64,000 bases of DNA from Leucoraja erinacea (taxonomy: Eukaryota). The stretch's first letter is position 1, and each line of letters starts with the position of its first letter. The stretch lies in NCBI RefSeq assembly GCF_028641065.1, contig NC_073386.1, positions 11,656,001 to 11,720,000 on the forward strand. The letters are read 5' to 3'. Positions 49,363-60,965 of the stretch are shown here, piece after piece. Made by a program: the position numbers and the translations under genes. The notes below the pieces were generated by a model. That model was given only the letters and a program-made list of their open reading frames with translations. It did not search any database and was not told the DNA's origin.

Positions 49363-50277
49363 ATAGAAACATAGAAACATTAAAATAGGTGCAGGAGTAG
49401 GTCATTCGGCCCTTCGAGCCAGCACCGCCATTCAATATGATCATGGCTGATCATCCAACTCAGTATCCTGTACCTGCCTTCTCTCCATACCCCCTGTTCC
49501 CTTTAGCCACAAGGGCCACATCTAACTCCCTCTTAAATATAGCCAATGAACTGGCCTCAACTACCTTCTGTGGCAGAGAATTCCAGAGATTCACCACTCT
49601 CTGTGTGAAAAATATTTTCCTCATCTCGGTCCTAAAAGATTTCCCCCTTATTCTTAAACTGTGACCCCTTGTTCTGGACTTCCCCAACATCGGAAACAAT
49701 CTTCCTGCATCTAGCCTGTCCAACCCCTTAAGAATTTTGTAAGTTTCTATAAGATCCCCCTCAATCTTCTATATTCTAGCGAGTACAAACCGAGTCTATC
49801 CAGTCTTTCTTCATATGAAAGTCCTGACATCCCAGGAATCAGTCTGGTGAACCTTCTCTGTACTCCCTCTATGGCAAGAATGTCTTTCCTCAGATTATGA
49901 GACCAAAACTGTACGCAATACTCCAGGTGTGGTCTCACCAAGACCATGTACAACTGCAGTATAACCTCCCTGTTCCTATACTCAAATCCTTTTGCTATGA
50001 ATGCTAACATACCATTCGATTTCTTCACTGCCTGCTGCACCTGCATGCCTACTTTTAATGACTGGTGTACCATGACACCCAGGTCTCGTTGCATCGCCCC
50101 TTTTCCTAATCGGCCACCATTCAGATAATCGTCTACTTTCCTGTTTTTGCCGCCAAAGTGGATAACCTCACATTTATCCACATTATACTGCATCTGCCAT
50201 ACATTTTCCCACTCACCCAGCCTATCCAAGTCACCTTGCAGCCTCCTGGTATCCTCCTCACAACTAACACTGCCCCC
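49363..50277 (-). mobile_element. Young CR1/HER1 LINE 3' kilobase
   Basis: ORF 49747-50331 LQGDLDRLGEW..WQMQYNVDKCEVIHFG..RDLGVMV. Confidence 0.92.
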
Positions 50278-50362
50278 CATTGAACACATGCAGGCAGAGG
50301 AGGTAGTTGGCATCATGTTTAACATGGACATTGTGTGCTGAAGGGCCTGTTTCTTTGCTATA

Positions 50363-50682
50363 CTTTAGTTTAGTTTAGAGATACAGCGCGGAAACAGGCC
50401 CTTCGGCCCACCGGATCCGCGCTGACCAGCGATCCCCGCACAGTAACACTATCCCACTAGGGACAATTTTTACATTTTCCAAACCAATTAAACTACAAAC
50501 CTCTACATTACATCTTTGGATTGTGGGAGGAAACCGAAGATCTCTGAGAAAGCCCACGCAGGTGACGGGAAGAACGTACAAACTCCGTACAGACAGCACC
50601 CGTGGTCGGGATCGAACCCTGATCTCCGGCGCAGCATTCGCTGTAAGGCAGCAACTCTACCCCTGAGCCACCGTGACTGCCC
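50363..50682 (-). mobile_element. HE1-like SINE
   Basis: Reverse-complement copy with intact B-box. Confidence 0.85.
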
Positions 50683-51360
50683 AGAACATACTGTTCTATG
50701 TTCTATGTTCATAATTGAAACGATTGAAAGCCAAAAGCTCCATATAAAACTACTGACTCAATGAACACAATAGTGACTGAAGAGCCCATTGCTAGGCTGT
50801 GTCGTATGATTCAATAACATCGTTACACTGAATGACATAAAATTCAAAGATAATACTAATGCTTCTCTTCATTGGCTATCAAATCAATGGTGCAAGAAAA
50901 ATCAGAAAGAGGTAGGTAAGCATGAGGGAGCATGAAAATGTGCATAGATGATAGGGTAAAAGAGATAATGGTTACATACCCAATGTTATGAATATTGATT
51001 TCTCTAACTTCAAGTAACCCTTGCTTTCCCTCTCTCTCTGTTCCTCCCCCATTGTTGTATTTACACCATGTTACTAAACTTTCTATCTCCTTCTCGTAAT
51101 CATCATTGTTCAAAATTCAGCCCACTACGGTAGTGTAATTTGAAGACTTGTAAATGGAGTTAGAGCAGAATTTGGCCACACAGTCATGAGTGGATAGGGA
51201 GTTTAGTAAGGGGCTGAGAACGCATCCTTGAGAATGATTGTTGGGGATGTTATGTCACCTATCCTCATTGATTGTCATCTCTCGGTAGGGAAGTCATGGA
51301 TCCAGTTGCAGATGAGAATGTTAATTTCTAGATCAAAGATATGGAGATGAGTATGGTTGC

Positions 51361-51527
51361 AGGCCTCCCGTCGGGGCTATGGGTGAGTGGTGGAATATTG
51401 TGTTGGGAGGAATGGGTTACGTTGGGGGAACGGGTGAGTGGTGGAAATGGGTTGTGTTGGGGGAACGGGTGAGTGGTGGATAATTGTGTTCGGCGGAAAG
51501 GGGCCCAAAGGGTCCCACTTGGTCTAT
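51361..51527 (+). mobile_element. Helitron-like 3' terminal fragment with a G-rich tandem repeat
   Basis: gggtgagtggtggaa repeats, then hairpin ggggccc-aaa-gggtccc (51500-51516) seven nucleotides before CTA(T), a degenerate CTAG end. Confidence 0.5.
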
Positions 51528-52626
51528 AATCAATAAATAGGAGTGTGACATAGATCTCCAGACACTATCCAGATATTCCAGTGATGGGTGTAGGTAAATT
51601 GCAATAGATCGCAGTTGCATCGCATCAGACTGGTGTTGATGTCCAGCCATGACCAGCCTCCTGATGCATTTCATGTTGCACACATAGATAGAATGTATGA
51701 GAGATCAAAGCAAACACTGTAAAACAACAGGTTATTTGCAATTGACATGGGAAGAGAGGGTGGAGTGATGGAAGACTGTACAATTCAAGATGGCAATTAA
51801 TTGGTTGATTAATTAGAAATTAATCCAATGTCACATTTTCTGGGTGTAAGTTTCATGGCACTGTTTTAAAGAAAAATTGGAAAATTATCTTTGATGTTCT
51901 GGCCATTATTTATGCCTAAACCAGCATCAAAGTTGGAACACATCACAGCTTGGTTTGCGAACAGCTCGGCCCAGGATTGCAAGACATTGCAGAGAATTGT
52001 TGACATAGCCCAGTCCACCACACAAACCAGCCTCCCCTTACTGATCTGCTTTTTAAAAAAATATTACCACTGTGATTGCTCATCAAAAATATTTAATTGG
52101 CTACAAAACCCTTTGGGAAGTTTGGAAAGGGATTTAGAAAGCACCAAATGAATATTTTTTAAATGGCATTAGAAAGTGAAAATGGGAGAGCAAAACAGAA
52201 CTAGAAAGGCAAAGGAGTGTTGCCAATAACAAAGAAAGTGATAGGAAGGAAAAGCTGAGGGAGAAAAATATTTACCTTCATTTTAACTATAAATAAAAGG
52301 AGGTGGCTAAAGAATTAAATATTCCATTCTTGGGTTACAGCTGGACTGAATCATAGTGACCGATGATTCATGTTTAACATAAGGAAAAAGTATAATAAAA
52401 TTACTTTCCTAGAATATAAATAATCACCAATTAGTTGTAATGAAACCAGATGATTACATGATGGCACTTTTGATATCCGGATGTCCCAATGCAGATTTTA
52501 AGATTAAACATATTAGTGGTTTGAGAGGGGAAGAAAGTGAGTTAAATTGAGAAAGTAAATATGCACAAGAAACACAGAGATAGACAAATACATAAATCCA
52601 AGAGACAGGGAGAAATATAAAAGCAG

Positions 52627-52930
52627 CAGAGCAGCACGGTGGTACAGCGGTAGAGTTTCGGCCTTACAACTCTTGCAGCGCCGGAAACCCGCGTTCGATT
52701 CTGACTACGGCGTTTGTGCATTCTCTCCGTGACGGTATGGGTTTTCTCCGAGATCTTTTGTTTCCTCCCACACTCCAAAGACGTACAGGTTTGTAGGTCA
52801 ATTTGTTTGGTGTATGTGTAAATTGCCCATAGTGAGTAGGATAGTGTTAATGTGCGGGGATCGCTGGTCGGTGCGGACTCGGTGGGCCGAAGAGCCTGTT
52901 CCTGTGCTATATCTCTAAACGAAACTAAAC
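52627..52930 (+). mobile_element. HE1-like SINE
   Basis: Head, V-domain and tail. Confidence 0.85.
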
Positions 52931-55589
52931 AGTAAGTTCAATTGGTAATGTGGAATCAACACCATTTGATTTTTACATTACTGCAATCTTTAATGCAAGC
53001 TCCTTGCAACAAATGTATAACAAAAAAAGCACTTTTTTTTTAATACGGGAACATTAACATTTGTTTTACTGATTATCAGTCTCACTTTAATAAACCAGTC
53101 AAAGACAGGCAAATTAAGTTTTCCTCCCATAGTTTTAGGTTGGATGAAATAAATTAGCCAAGAAAAATATTATAATTCCTGCTGTGCTTTTCTTATTAGA
53201 TCAAACAGAAAGCAGTATTATGGTCTTTTGCTGATTGGTACATCAGTGCAAGACTGCAGGGACCACAGATAATTCCAATTATAGTAAAAAACTGCTGTCT
53301 TTAATCAACCGTTTCATGTCAACTTTGTGACTGCATTGCAAGTCAGATTGCAAATAATAATAATAATGTTATTCCTGAATCAACTGTAATAATATTTCCA
53401 TTATATATATTTTTTTAAATCACTTTTAGCTACTTGGTTGTTAAATAGATACAAAAAAAGACGTGTTTTTTTTCTGTTATTTTTTTTGCTTACTTTAGGT
53501 TTCTGCAAAACACAAACCAATTAGGCGATTTGTACATAAAATACACCCACCAGATATATGAAATTCAAGAATCCCATTTAAATGGCCAGATTGCAAATTT
53601 ATTGGCATTTTGAAACAAATGCAATGTGTGTACAATGCAAAATAATGTCAGGTCAGGTTAAGCGCTCTAAACACTGCATATTCAATGTAAATGCTTTTCT
53701 GAGCTTCAACTTCCTTGTGCTGATGCCAATAACCACAGTGATCATCATTTTAAAACAGAGCTGAGCCTTACTTGAGAATTCTATTTATCTCAAATGTCTA
53801 GTTCATATTCTTTATATATCGATTTTGCAAACTCATTGTTGGCACTGTGTAACAGGGAGAATTACTTGGTACAGACAGGATTCTTAGAATGATTGTGTTT
53901 GCATGGGGAAATATCAGTTTTAATCCACAAATTGAAATAGCCAAGGCATTCAAAGCATACATCAAAAACATAGAACAGCATAGCACATGAACAGGATATT
54001 CTGCTAACGATGATGTGCCCTTCAAAATGCCAATTTAAACTGCTCAACTAATTGCATGTGGTGTATGTCCCTCAATTCCATGCCTGCTCATGTATCTGCC
54101 TAAATGCTTCTCATACAGTACGTTCCGCGCTGCAGTTAATTTTAGTTTCATTTTGAAACAGAACTGAAGGTTTTAGTTGAAGCTCTAGCAAAGGTACAAG
54201 GGGGTCAAATGCCTCCTTCTGCGCTCCAATAACATATGCAAAGAAAATACGCTGGGTAATCACATTTGCCACTACACTTGACTCGTTTTAGTCTCGGTTT
54301 AGTTCTTTAGCTTGCATTGAGAAGTAATTAGCAGAGCAATCATAATGTTCCCTTGCTGGGAACCTGCCAAACTATTTTGATGCTCGAGCTTTATTACATG
54401 AATTATTAATTAGTTTATGTGTGGGGGGAGGGAAAAACACCACCCAAAAAAATGGGAGGGTAAAATATCTTTTGGTGGCTGTGGGGGTAGAAAAGTCAGA
54501 AGCCTCAGCTTGCAATATAAAGCAAGCCAGCTCCTCAAAACATCGTTCAGGGATGACCTGTGGAAGTAAAGAGGCCAATGATGTGTTTAAACCACTACCA
54601 ACTGCTTTTCCGCAAGGTTTAGTATCGTTTTAGTTTAATTTATAGATGCAGCGCAGAAACAGGCCCTTCAGCCCACCAAGTCCGCACTGACCAGCGATCC
54701 CCACACATTAACGCTATCTTAACACACACTAGGGACAATTTACAATTTTACCAAGCCAATTAACATAAAACTAGCATTCTGGTAAACTTCTTCTGCACCC
54801 TCTCCAACCTCTCCGCATTCTTTCTGTAGTGGACTTTTTCATGCACTAAATGTTATTCTCTTTATCCTGTATCTGTACACTGCAGATGGCTTGATTGTGA
54901 TTATGCATAGCCTTTCCGCTGACTGGATAGCAAGCAACAAAACAGCTTTTCACTGTACCTCGGTACACGTGACAGTAAAATAAAAACGAAATAAAATTCT
55001 ACTGAGCAATAGGACAATTAATGCTGCGCACGATACCCCGAATGTGGTTTCACCAAAGTTTTAAAAGCTGCAACATGCCTTCATGGCTCTCTCACTCAAT
55101 GCCACGACCAATGAAGGCAAGCATACAAGCATACCATATACGCCTTCTTTATCACTCTATCTATCTAATCTTGGTGTTACTTTCAGGGAGCTATGGACTT
55201 GGATCCCAAGATCTCACTGAAGTCAGAGTATTTTGAGGTAAAAAGGCACTTCTTGTGTACCCTGGATTCTCCAAAGTAACTGACATTTAATGAACTAACC
55301 TGCAGCAGAGTCACTGTTGCTGGGTAGATAACTAATTTAGCCTTCCAACGCACAGCCTCACACTGTCCTGACATTTTATCATAAAAAACAATTGAGGGAA
55401 TCAATTATCATCCAGCACACTATGAATATTATCACCCATCACACTATGAACATTACCCTGGTTTTATTGACTTTTTGTACTATTACCAAACCAGATATTA
55501 ATTCAGCTGGATAATCCACATTTCATTCATGTCTACATTTTTTCTGAAAGCCACTAATAGGCTCTATTGAAGGCCTTCAGCAGCCACAC

Positions 55590-55822
55590 AAGTTTGGTTT
55601 AGTTTGTTGTCACGTGTGCCGAGATACAGTGAACAGCTTTTGTTGCGTGCTAACCAGTCAGCGGAAAGACAATCCATGATTACAGTCGAGCCATTCACAG
55701 ATTCATGATAAAGGGAAATAACGTGAATAATGTTTAGTGCAAGATAAAGCCAGTAATGTCCAATCAAAGATAGACCAAGGATCTCCAATGAGGTAGATAG
55801 TAGTTCAGGACTGCTCTCTAGA
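55590..55822 (-). mobile_element. Short Rex1-tailed repeat (relatives at about 3860-4060, 41920-42100, 45350-45445 and 54830-54995)
   Basis: Shared tail ctttccgctgactggatagcacgcaacaaaagcttttcactgtacctcggtacacgtgacaataaactaaa. Confidence 0.7.
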
Positions 55823-56539
55823 ATGGCAATGGTACTATGGATGTAAGGGGAAAGTGATATAATAACATGACTGGGTATAACATGAGCAATAATGAATGGT
55901 TTGACAGAAACTACGCATGTATTAGGTTTTGCACCATTTTCACTTTATATTTTTTTATCACAAATTCATTTTATATTTGAATAACAAATTATCCTATCAA
56001 TTTACTGTAACAAATATTGTTTAAAAATTCTCGAAACAAACTCCATATTGTTCAGTTTAGTTGTCTGCAATTTGCATCAGAGCAATGGGATGATCTGTTG
56101 CTTTGACCAGATGGTCTGCTTTCTTTGCCTTTGGTGCTCATCTCATGTTCCTGAAAAAATCATCCTGAGAACGAGGTTTCAGGCAAAACTAATCTGTCAC
56201 TTGTTTAGCTTTTGAACATTGTGATTAATATAGATAATTTTCAGATGCAGCTTTGAAATGCACAAATAGAAATGTGCATTTCTATTTGTGACCCCTGACA
56301 ATTCTAACATAATTATTTCTATGGAAGAAGGACTTAAGTAAAATTTTAATATTGATGGTCAAATCAGAAAATGGATTGTTATTTTCTTATAGGTTTAATT
56401 TAGAAAACAGAAATCTGATGAAAAAGGATCCAACAAATATACCTACAGTAATTCACAATCTTCATCCAAGTAATGAAGTGAGCAAAACACAAAGTGCTGG
56501 AGGAAGTCAGTGGGTCAAGCAGCATCTGGGGTGGGAATA

Positions 56540-56756
56540 GATAGGCAACTTTTACAGGTGCACAGTAGAGAGTATACTGTCTGATTGCATTGTGGCCTGG
56601 TTCGGCAACTTGAACGCCCAGGAGCAGAAAAGACTGCAAAAGGTTGTAAACACTGCCCAGGCCATCACCGGCTCTGACCTCCCCACCATCGAAGGGAGCT
56701 GTCGTAGTCACTGCCTCAAAAAGGCAGCTAACATCATCAAAGACCCACACCATCCT
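56540..56756 (+). mobile_element. Rex1/Babar fragment
   Basis: AWFGNLNAQEQKRLQKVVNTAQAITGSDLPTIE...KAANIIKDPHHP. Confidence 0.85.
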
Positions 56757-56855
56757 TGTAGATTAGTGACTCATGTTATGAGTCATGCCAATAAAGTATA
56801 TATATATCCTGATCTTGTTGTAAGGCTACTGTTATTATAAGGACTACAATCGACA
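56757..56855 (+). mobile_element. 99-bp LTR-like segment
   Basis: TG...CA termini, internal AATAAA, immediately followed by a PBS-type tRNA-Leu complement. Confidence 0.55.
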
Positions 56856-56899
56856 TGATGTCAGAAGTGGGATGTGAACCCACGCCTCCAATCGGAGAC
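56856..56899 (-). pseudogene. Retroposed 3' half of tRNA-Leu (CAA-type variable arm), including a CCA-derived end
   Basis: Minus strand reads gtctccgattggaggcgtgggttcacatcccacttctgaca-tca versus vertebrate tRNA-Leu(CAA) GTCTCCG.ATGGAGGCGTGGGTTCGAATCCCACTTCTGACA-CCA. Confidence 0.85.
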
Positions 56900-57536
56900 T
56901 CTATTGTACATGTGCCGGTCATGTTTGCAGGCTGGTCGTGAAGTATCCGGACTATGTTTGACTTTCTACCAGTCTGTCATCGGTTATGATACTTGTGAAA
57001 ATGAATTAATTCCCAGTCTGGAGAGCAAAATGTGTTATGTGGTCATATGGAGAATTTCACCATCTTTATGGAATTCAGTGCACAGTGGAAGCCAAATATA
57101 TTGGACATATACGACTACACCTAGGTGCTGAAGCGGCATCACAGGAGTAAAGGTATTAACTCCAGGAATGTCCAGTCAAAATCACCTCGGATGAGTCAAT
57201 AAAAATCAATTCTCAATTGCACCAATGTGAAAAAAAGTATTATATGATTGAATCTGCAGGAAAATATGACTTTGTAACATTGCAACTTATTCAATGATTG
57301 AAAATGCATTTAAGTCCTAAAGGTCATTTGTTCATAATCTTTGTTATCTGCAATAAGATTGCAATGCAAGTCCCTGTAACTTTGTTTCTCTGAAAGGATA
57401 GACTTGGTAAGTACTTTCACAAGGTGGCTTTAGTCAACCATTTGTGTGGGGTTGGTTGATCACACCAGGCAAGGGAGAATGGGGTGACTTCCCAACGAAG
57501 ACCAGGAGAGCAGATGGAGGTCATAACAATCCATCA

Positions 57537-57866
57537 TTATTTAGTTTAGTTTACTTTAGTTTTTAGTTTAGTTTAGTTTAGAGATACAGTGCGGAAACAG
57601 GCCCTTCAGTCCACGCCGAGCAGCGGTCCCTGTATATTACTACTATCCTACACATTCGGGACAATTTACAACCTTTACCAAAGCCAATTAGCTTACAAAC
57701 CTGCACGTCTTTGTAATGTGGGAGGAAACGGGAGAACCCGGGGAAAACACACGTGGTGATGGGGAGAATGTACAAACTCTGTACAGACAGCACCCGTAGT
57801 CAGGATCGAGCCCGGGTCTTTGGTGCTGCAAGGCAGCAACTCTACCTCTGCACCACCGCACTGCCC
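57537..57866 (-). mobile_element. HE1-like SINE
   Basis: Reverse-complement copy with a long (tttag)n tail. Confidence 0.85.
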
Positions 57867-58209
57867 TTTACCTTACGATATTTACATTACTAAAATATTT
57901 TAATTTTTAATTTTTACTTAATCGTGGGTTGGGGTACTTTAAACTATGGTTATGACTGCTTTGGTTATTCTTATTTTCTAATTCATAACTTATACAAAGT
58001 GGTCAGCTGGAGAAATGTTCACATGTTAGAGAACATTATTACGCTGCTGCATGCTATCACATTTCTAACAGCTGATTTACACGTGTCTTCCTCGATCCCT
58101 CACCACAACCTTACTGCACCTCCCACCACAACCTCAATAGACTCTAATAGACCCACAGAAACAGTGTGCTCCTCCAGATAGCAACATAGAAGATCAGATG
58201 GAAGCATAT

Positions 58210-58830
58210 CAAATTATGTGAGGCACAGTCATAGATAGTCATACCTATTTCCCAGGGTGGAAATGCCAGAGATTAGAGGGCGTACCTATAAGGGGAGCGG
58301 GGCAAAGCTTAAAGAAAATGTGCGGGCAAGTTTTTACACAGATGGATGCCTGGAGCACACTATCAGGAGTGGTAGAGGACGCATATACTTTAGTCTTTAA
58401 AGATAGAACATGGAAACAGACCCTTCAGCCCACTGACCAGTGGTCACCCCGTACTTGAATACTATCCTACACACTAGGGACAATTTACAATTTTGAGAAT
58501 CCAATCAACCTACAAACCTGTACATCTTTTGGAGTGTGGGAGGAAACCAGAGCACCTGGAGAAAACCCACACAATCACAGGGAGAACGCACAAAATCCGT
58601 ACAGACAGCACCGCAGTCAGGATCGAACTCGGGTCTCTGGTGCTGTAATGCAGCAACTCTACCACTGTCCCACTGTGCCATGCCACAGCAGTGCCATTGA
58701 AGAGGCTGCTATAGGGGCACGAGGATATGAGTAACATGCAAGCAGAGGAGATTAGTTTAGCTTGGTATCATGTTCAACACAGACATTGCGGGCAGAAGGG
58801 CCAGTTCCTTGGCTATGTTGTTCTATGTTC
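58210..58830 (+). mobile_element. Degraded CR1 3' fragment split by a minus-strand HE1 SINE (58388-58690)
   Basis: CR1 end motifs on either side of the SINE. Confidence 0.7.
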
Positions 58831-59049
58831 AAGCCTGTGAATGCCAGAGAATGAAGAAGAAAGATTAAGAGTGCATGATTGGAAAGCACAAGCCTCATAG
58901 AACATAGGTTTTTCCAGGATTAGGAAAACATTTCCATAATGCTTTTCCATAATCTTTCCTTACTTGAGCACAGCAAATGTAATGAGCAACTCCTTTATAA
59001 AAGAGCGGAACGATTTTAGAGAAATTGCTTTTACCCAAACTTATTTATA

Positions 59050-59440
59050 GACTGAAATCATCTCAAAGCATATTGCAGCCGGTGAGATACCCTTGAGAGT
59101 AGTTACTTTTGTAATGCAGAACAACAAAGAAACCAAATGGACTCAGCAAGGTTCCAGAAATTAAAAAAGGTAAAAAGAACCAAACAATCTCTGAGTTATA
59201 CTTTAAAAAATATTGTCTGGGACACTGGAAGAACTCCACTGCTCCTCTTTAAACAGCTGTAAAGGATCTTTATCTGCACCTGAGAGATCAGACAGGGGTT
59301 TCAGTTTGATATCTCATTCATGAGACGACACCTCTAACAGCACAGCATTTCCTCAGTACTGTACTGAAGTGTCAACCTAGATTATGTACTCAAGCCTTTG
59401 GAGTGTGGACACAAGCCCATAAACTACTGAAGTCAACAGG
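59050..59440 (-). mobile_element. Ancient Deu-domain SINE (SacSINE1/AmnSINE1-like)
   Basis: cacctgagagatcagacaggggtttcagtttgatatctcattcatgagacgacacctctaacagcacagcatttcctcagtactgtactgaagtgtcaacctagattatgtactcaag resembles the Deu-domain reverse complement as recalled. Confidence 0.75.
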
Positions 59441-59707
59441 GGCAAATACCATACCGAGAAATAATTAATGCTGCTCAAAGTTATTGATTGGGCAGACGAC
59501 CCATGACAGACACTGGAAATCTTTATTTTTGACAAGTTTTGGAAATATTACTTTTTCAAAGACACGATCAAACGTGGAAAGCAGACGGAGTTTTAAACCA
59601 GGCTCACCTCACCATTAATGCTGCAAGTATCATCGAGCTGTCTGATGGGCTTGAGGAAGGAGCCGCTGTTTAAAACGCAAGGAGGCGTTACAATTTGTTC
59701 AGAGGTC

Positions 59708-60140
59708 TGGCGGCACAGTGGCGCAGCGGTAGAGTTGCTGCATTACAGCGCTCACAGCGCCAGGGACCTGGGTTCGATCCTGGCTACGGGTGCTTGTCTG
59801 TCCGGAGTTTGTACATTCTCCCCGTGACCTGCGTGGGTTTTCTTCGAGAACTTGGGTTTCCTCCCACACTCCAAAGACGTACAGTTTTATAGGTTAATTG
59901 GCTTGGTGTAAATGTAAAAATTGTCATAAGTGATAGGAGCAGAATTAGGTCATTCATCTACTCCGCCATTCAAACATGGCTGATCTATGCCTCCCTCCTA
60001 ACCCCATTCCCCTGCCTTCTCCCCATAACCCGTGACACCCGTATTAATCAAAGTAGTCGAGGATGGTGTTAATATACAGGGATTGCTGGTCGGTGTGGAC
60101 TCAATGAGCTGAAGGGACTGTTTCCGTGCTGATTCTATGA
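59708..60140 (+). mobile_element. HE1-like SINE interrupted by a CR1 tail (about 59925-60052, minus)
   Basis: Intact head (ggcggcacagtggcgcagcggtagag...gggttcgatcc); SINE 3' part resumes at about 60055. Confidence 0.8.
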
Positions 60141-60764
60141 CGACCAGTTATTTTCCATGATGAGTAGTTATTCAAAATTCAGTATGCTGCAGTAAATGTA
60201 AGGGTATTTAAAGTTCTGTAACTGTTTTGCATTCTATGGGGAATTATCCAAGACATCATTAGCTCCCACAGTTGCAAGAATTACAAGAAACATATCAATC
60301 TTTTTATTTTCCACAACTTCCGATGCATTTCCATTTTAATGATTTAAACTGTAGCACTGATAAGTTCAGCTGTACAAAAGTACTCCCTCATGGAAAGGCG
60401 CCAGTGCCTTTCATCACCCACTTAATATAAACAAGCAGTGTATACAGCTTGTTCCCATGAAGAAAATTTAAAAAAATCACTCCATTAAGTAAATCTTCTT
60501 CATTTGCATAGAAATCAGGGCTTTAATGCTCACACATTAATGTGTGTAAGAACACTTTAGACTGCCCGATACGGCTTACTGAACATCCAAATTCCAGTCC
60601 TCTTATTCATGAATAGTAGATTCCACAAGCCACTACTTTCTGAAATGTACTTTGCACCTCCTATCGAAGGATTTTGAGTCGCGAACAAAGATAATTGTTT
60701 TACTTCCAATTCACACTCAAAATGAAGCCTCTCCCTTATGTTACATTAAAAGCTTAGATATTCT

Positions 60765-60965
60765 GCAGGAAGGAACTGCAGATGCAGGTTTAAACCTATG
60801 AGAGACACAAAAAGCTGGAGTAACTCAGCGGGACAGGTTGAATCTCTACAGACTCGAGTCTACAGACTTGAGTCTGAAGAAGAGTCTCGACCTGAAACTT
60901 CGCCCATTCCTTCTCTCCAGAGATGCTGCCTGTCCGGCTGAGTTATTCCAGCTTTTGTGTCTGCC
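60765..60965. mobile_element. Inverted pair of Penelope-derived terminal fragments
   Basis: gacacaaaaagctggagtaactcagcgggacagg / cctgtccggctgagttattccagcttttgtgtc. Confidence 0.75.

Noticed and set aside
44249-49985. Segmental duplication implied by two near-identical blocks
   Set aside because: The identity is confined to young CR1 3' ends with different 5' truncation points and unrelated flanks.
53465-53655. Coding exon after a strong polypyrimidine tract and AG at 53498
   Set aside because: All three frames reach a stop before the plausible donor near 53652 and the peptides are unrecognisable; a non-coding or terminal exon cannot be excluded.
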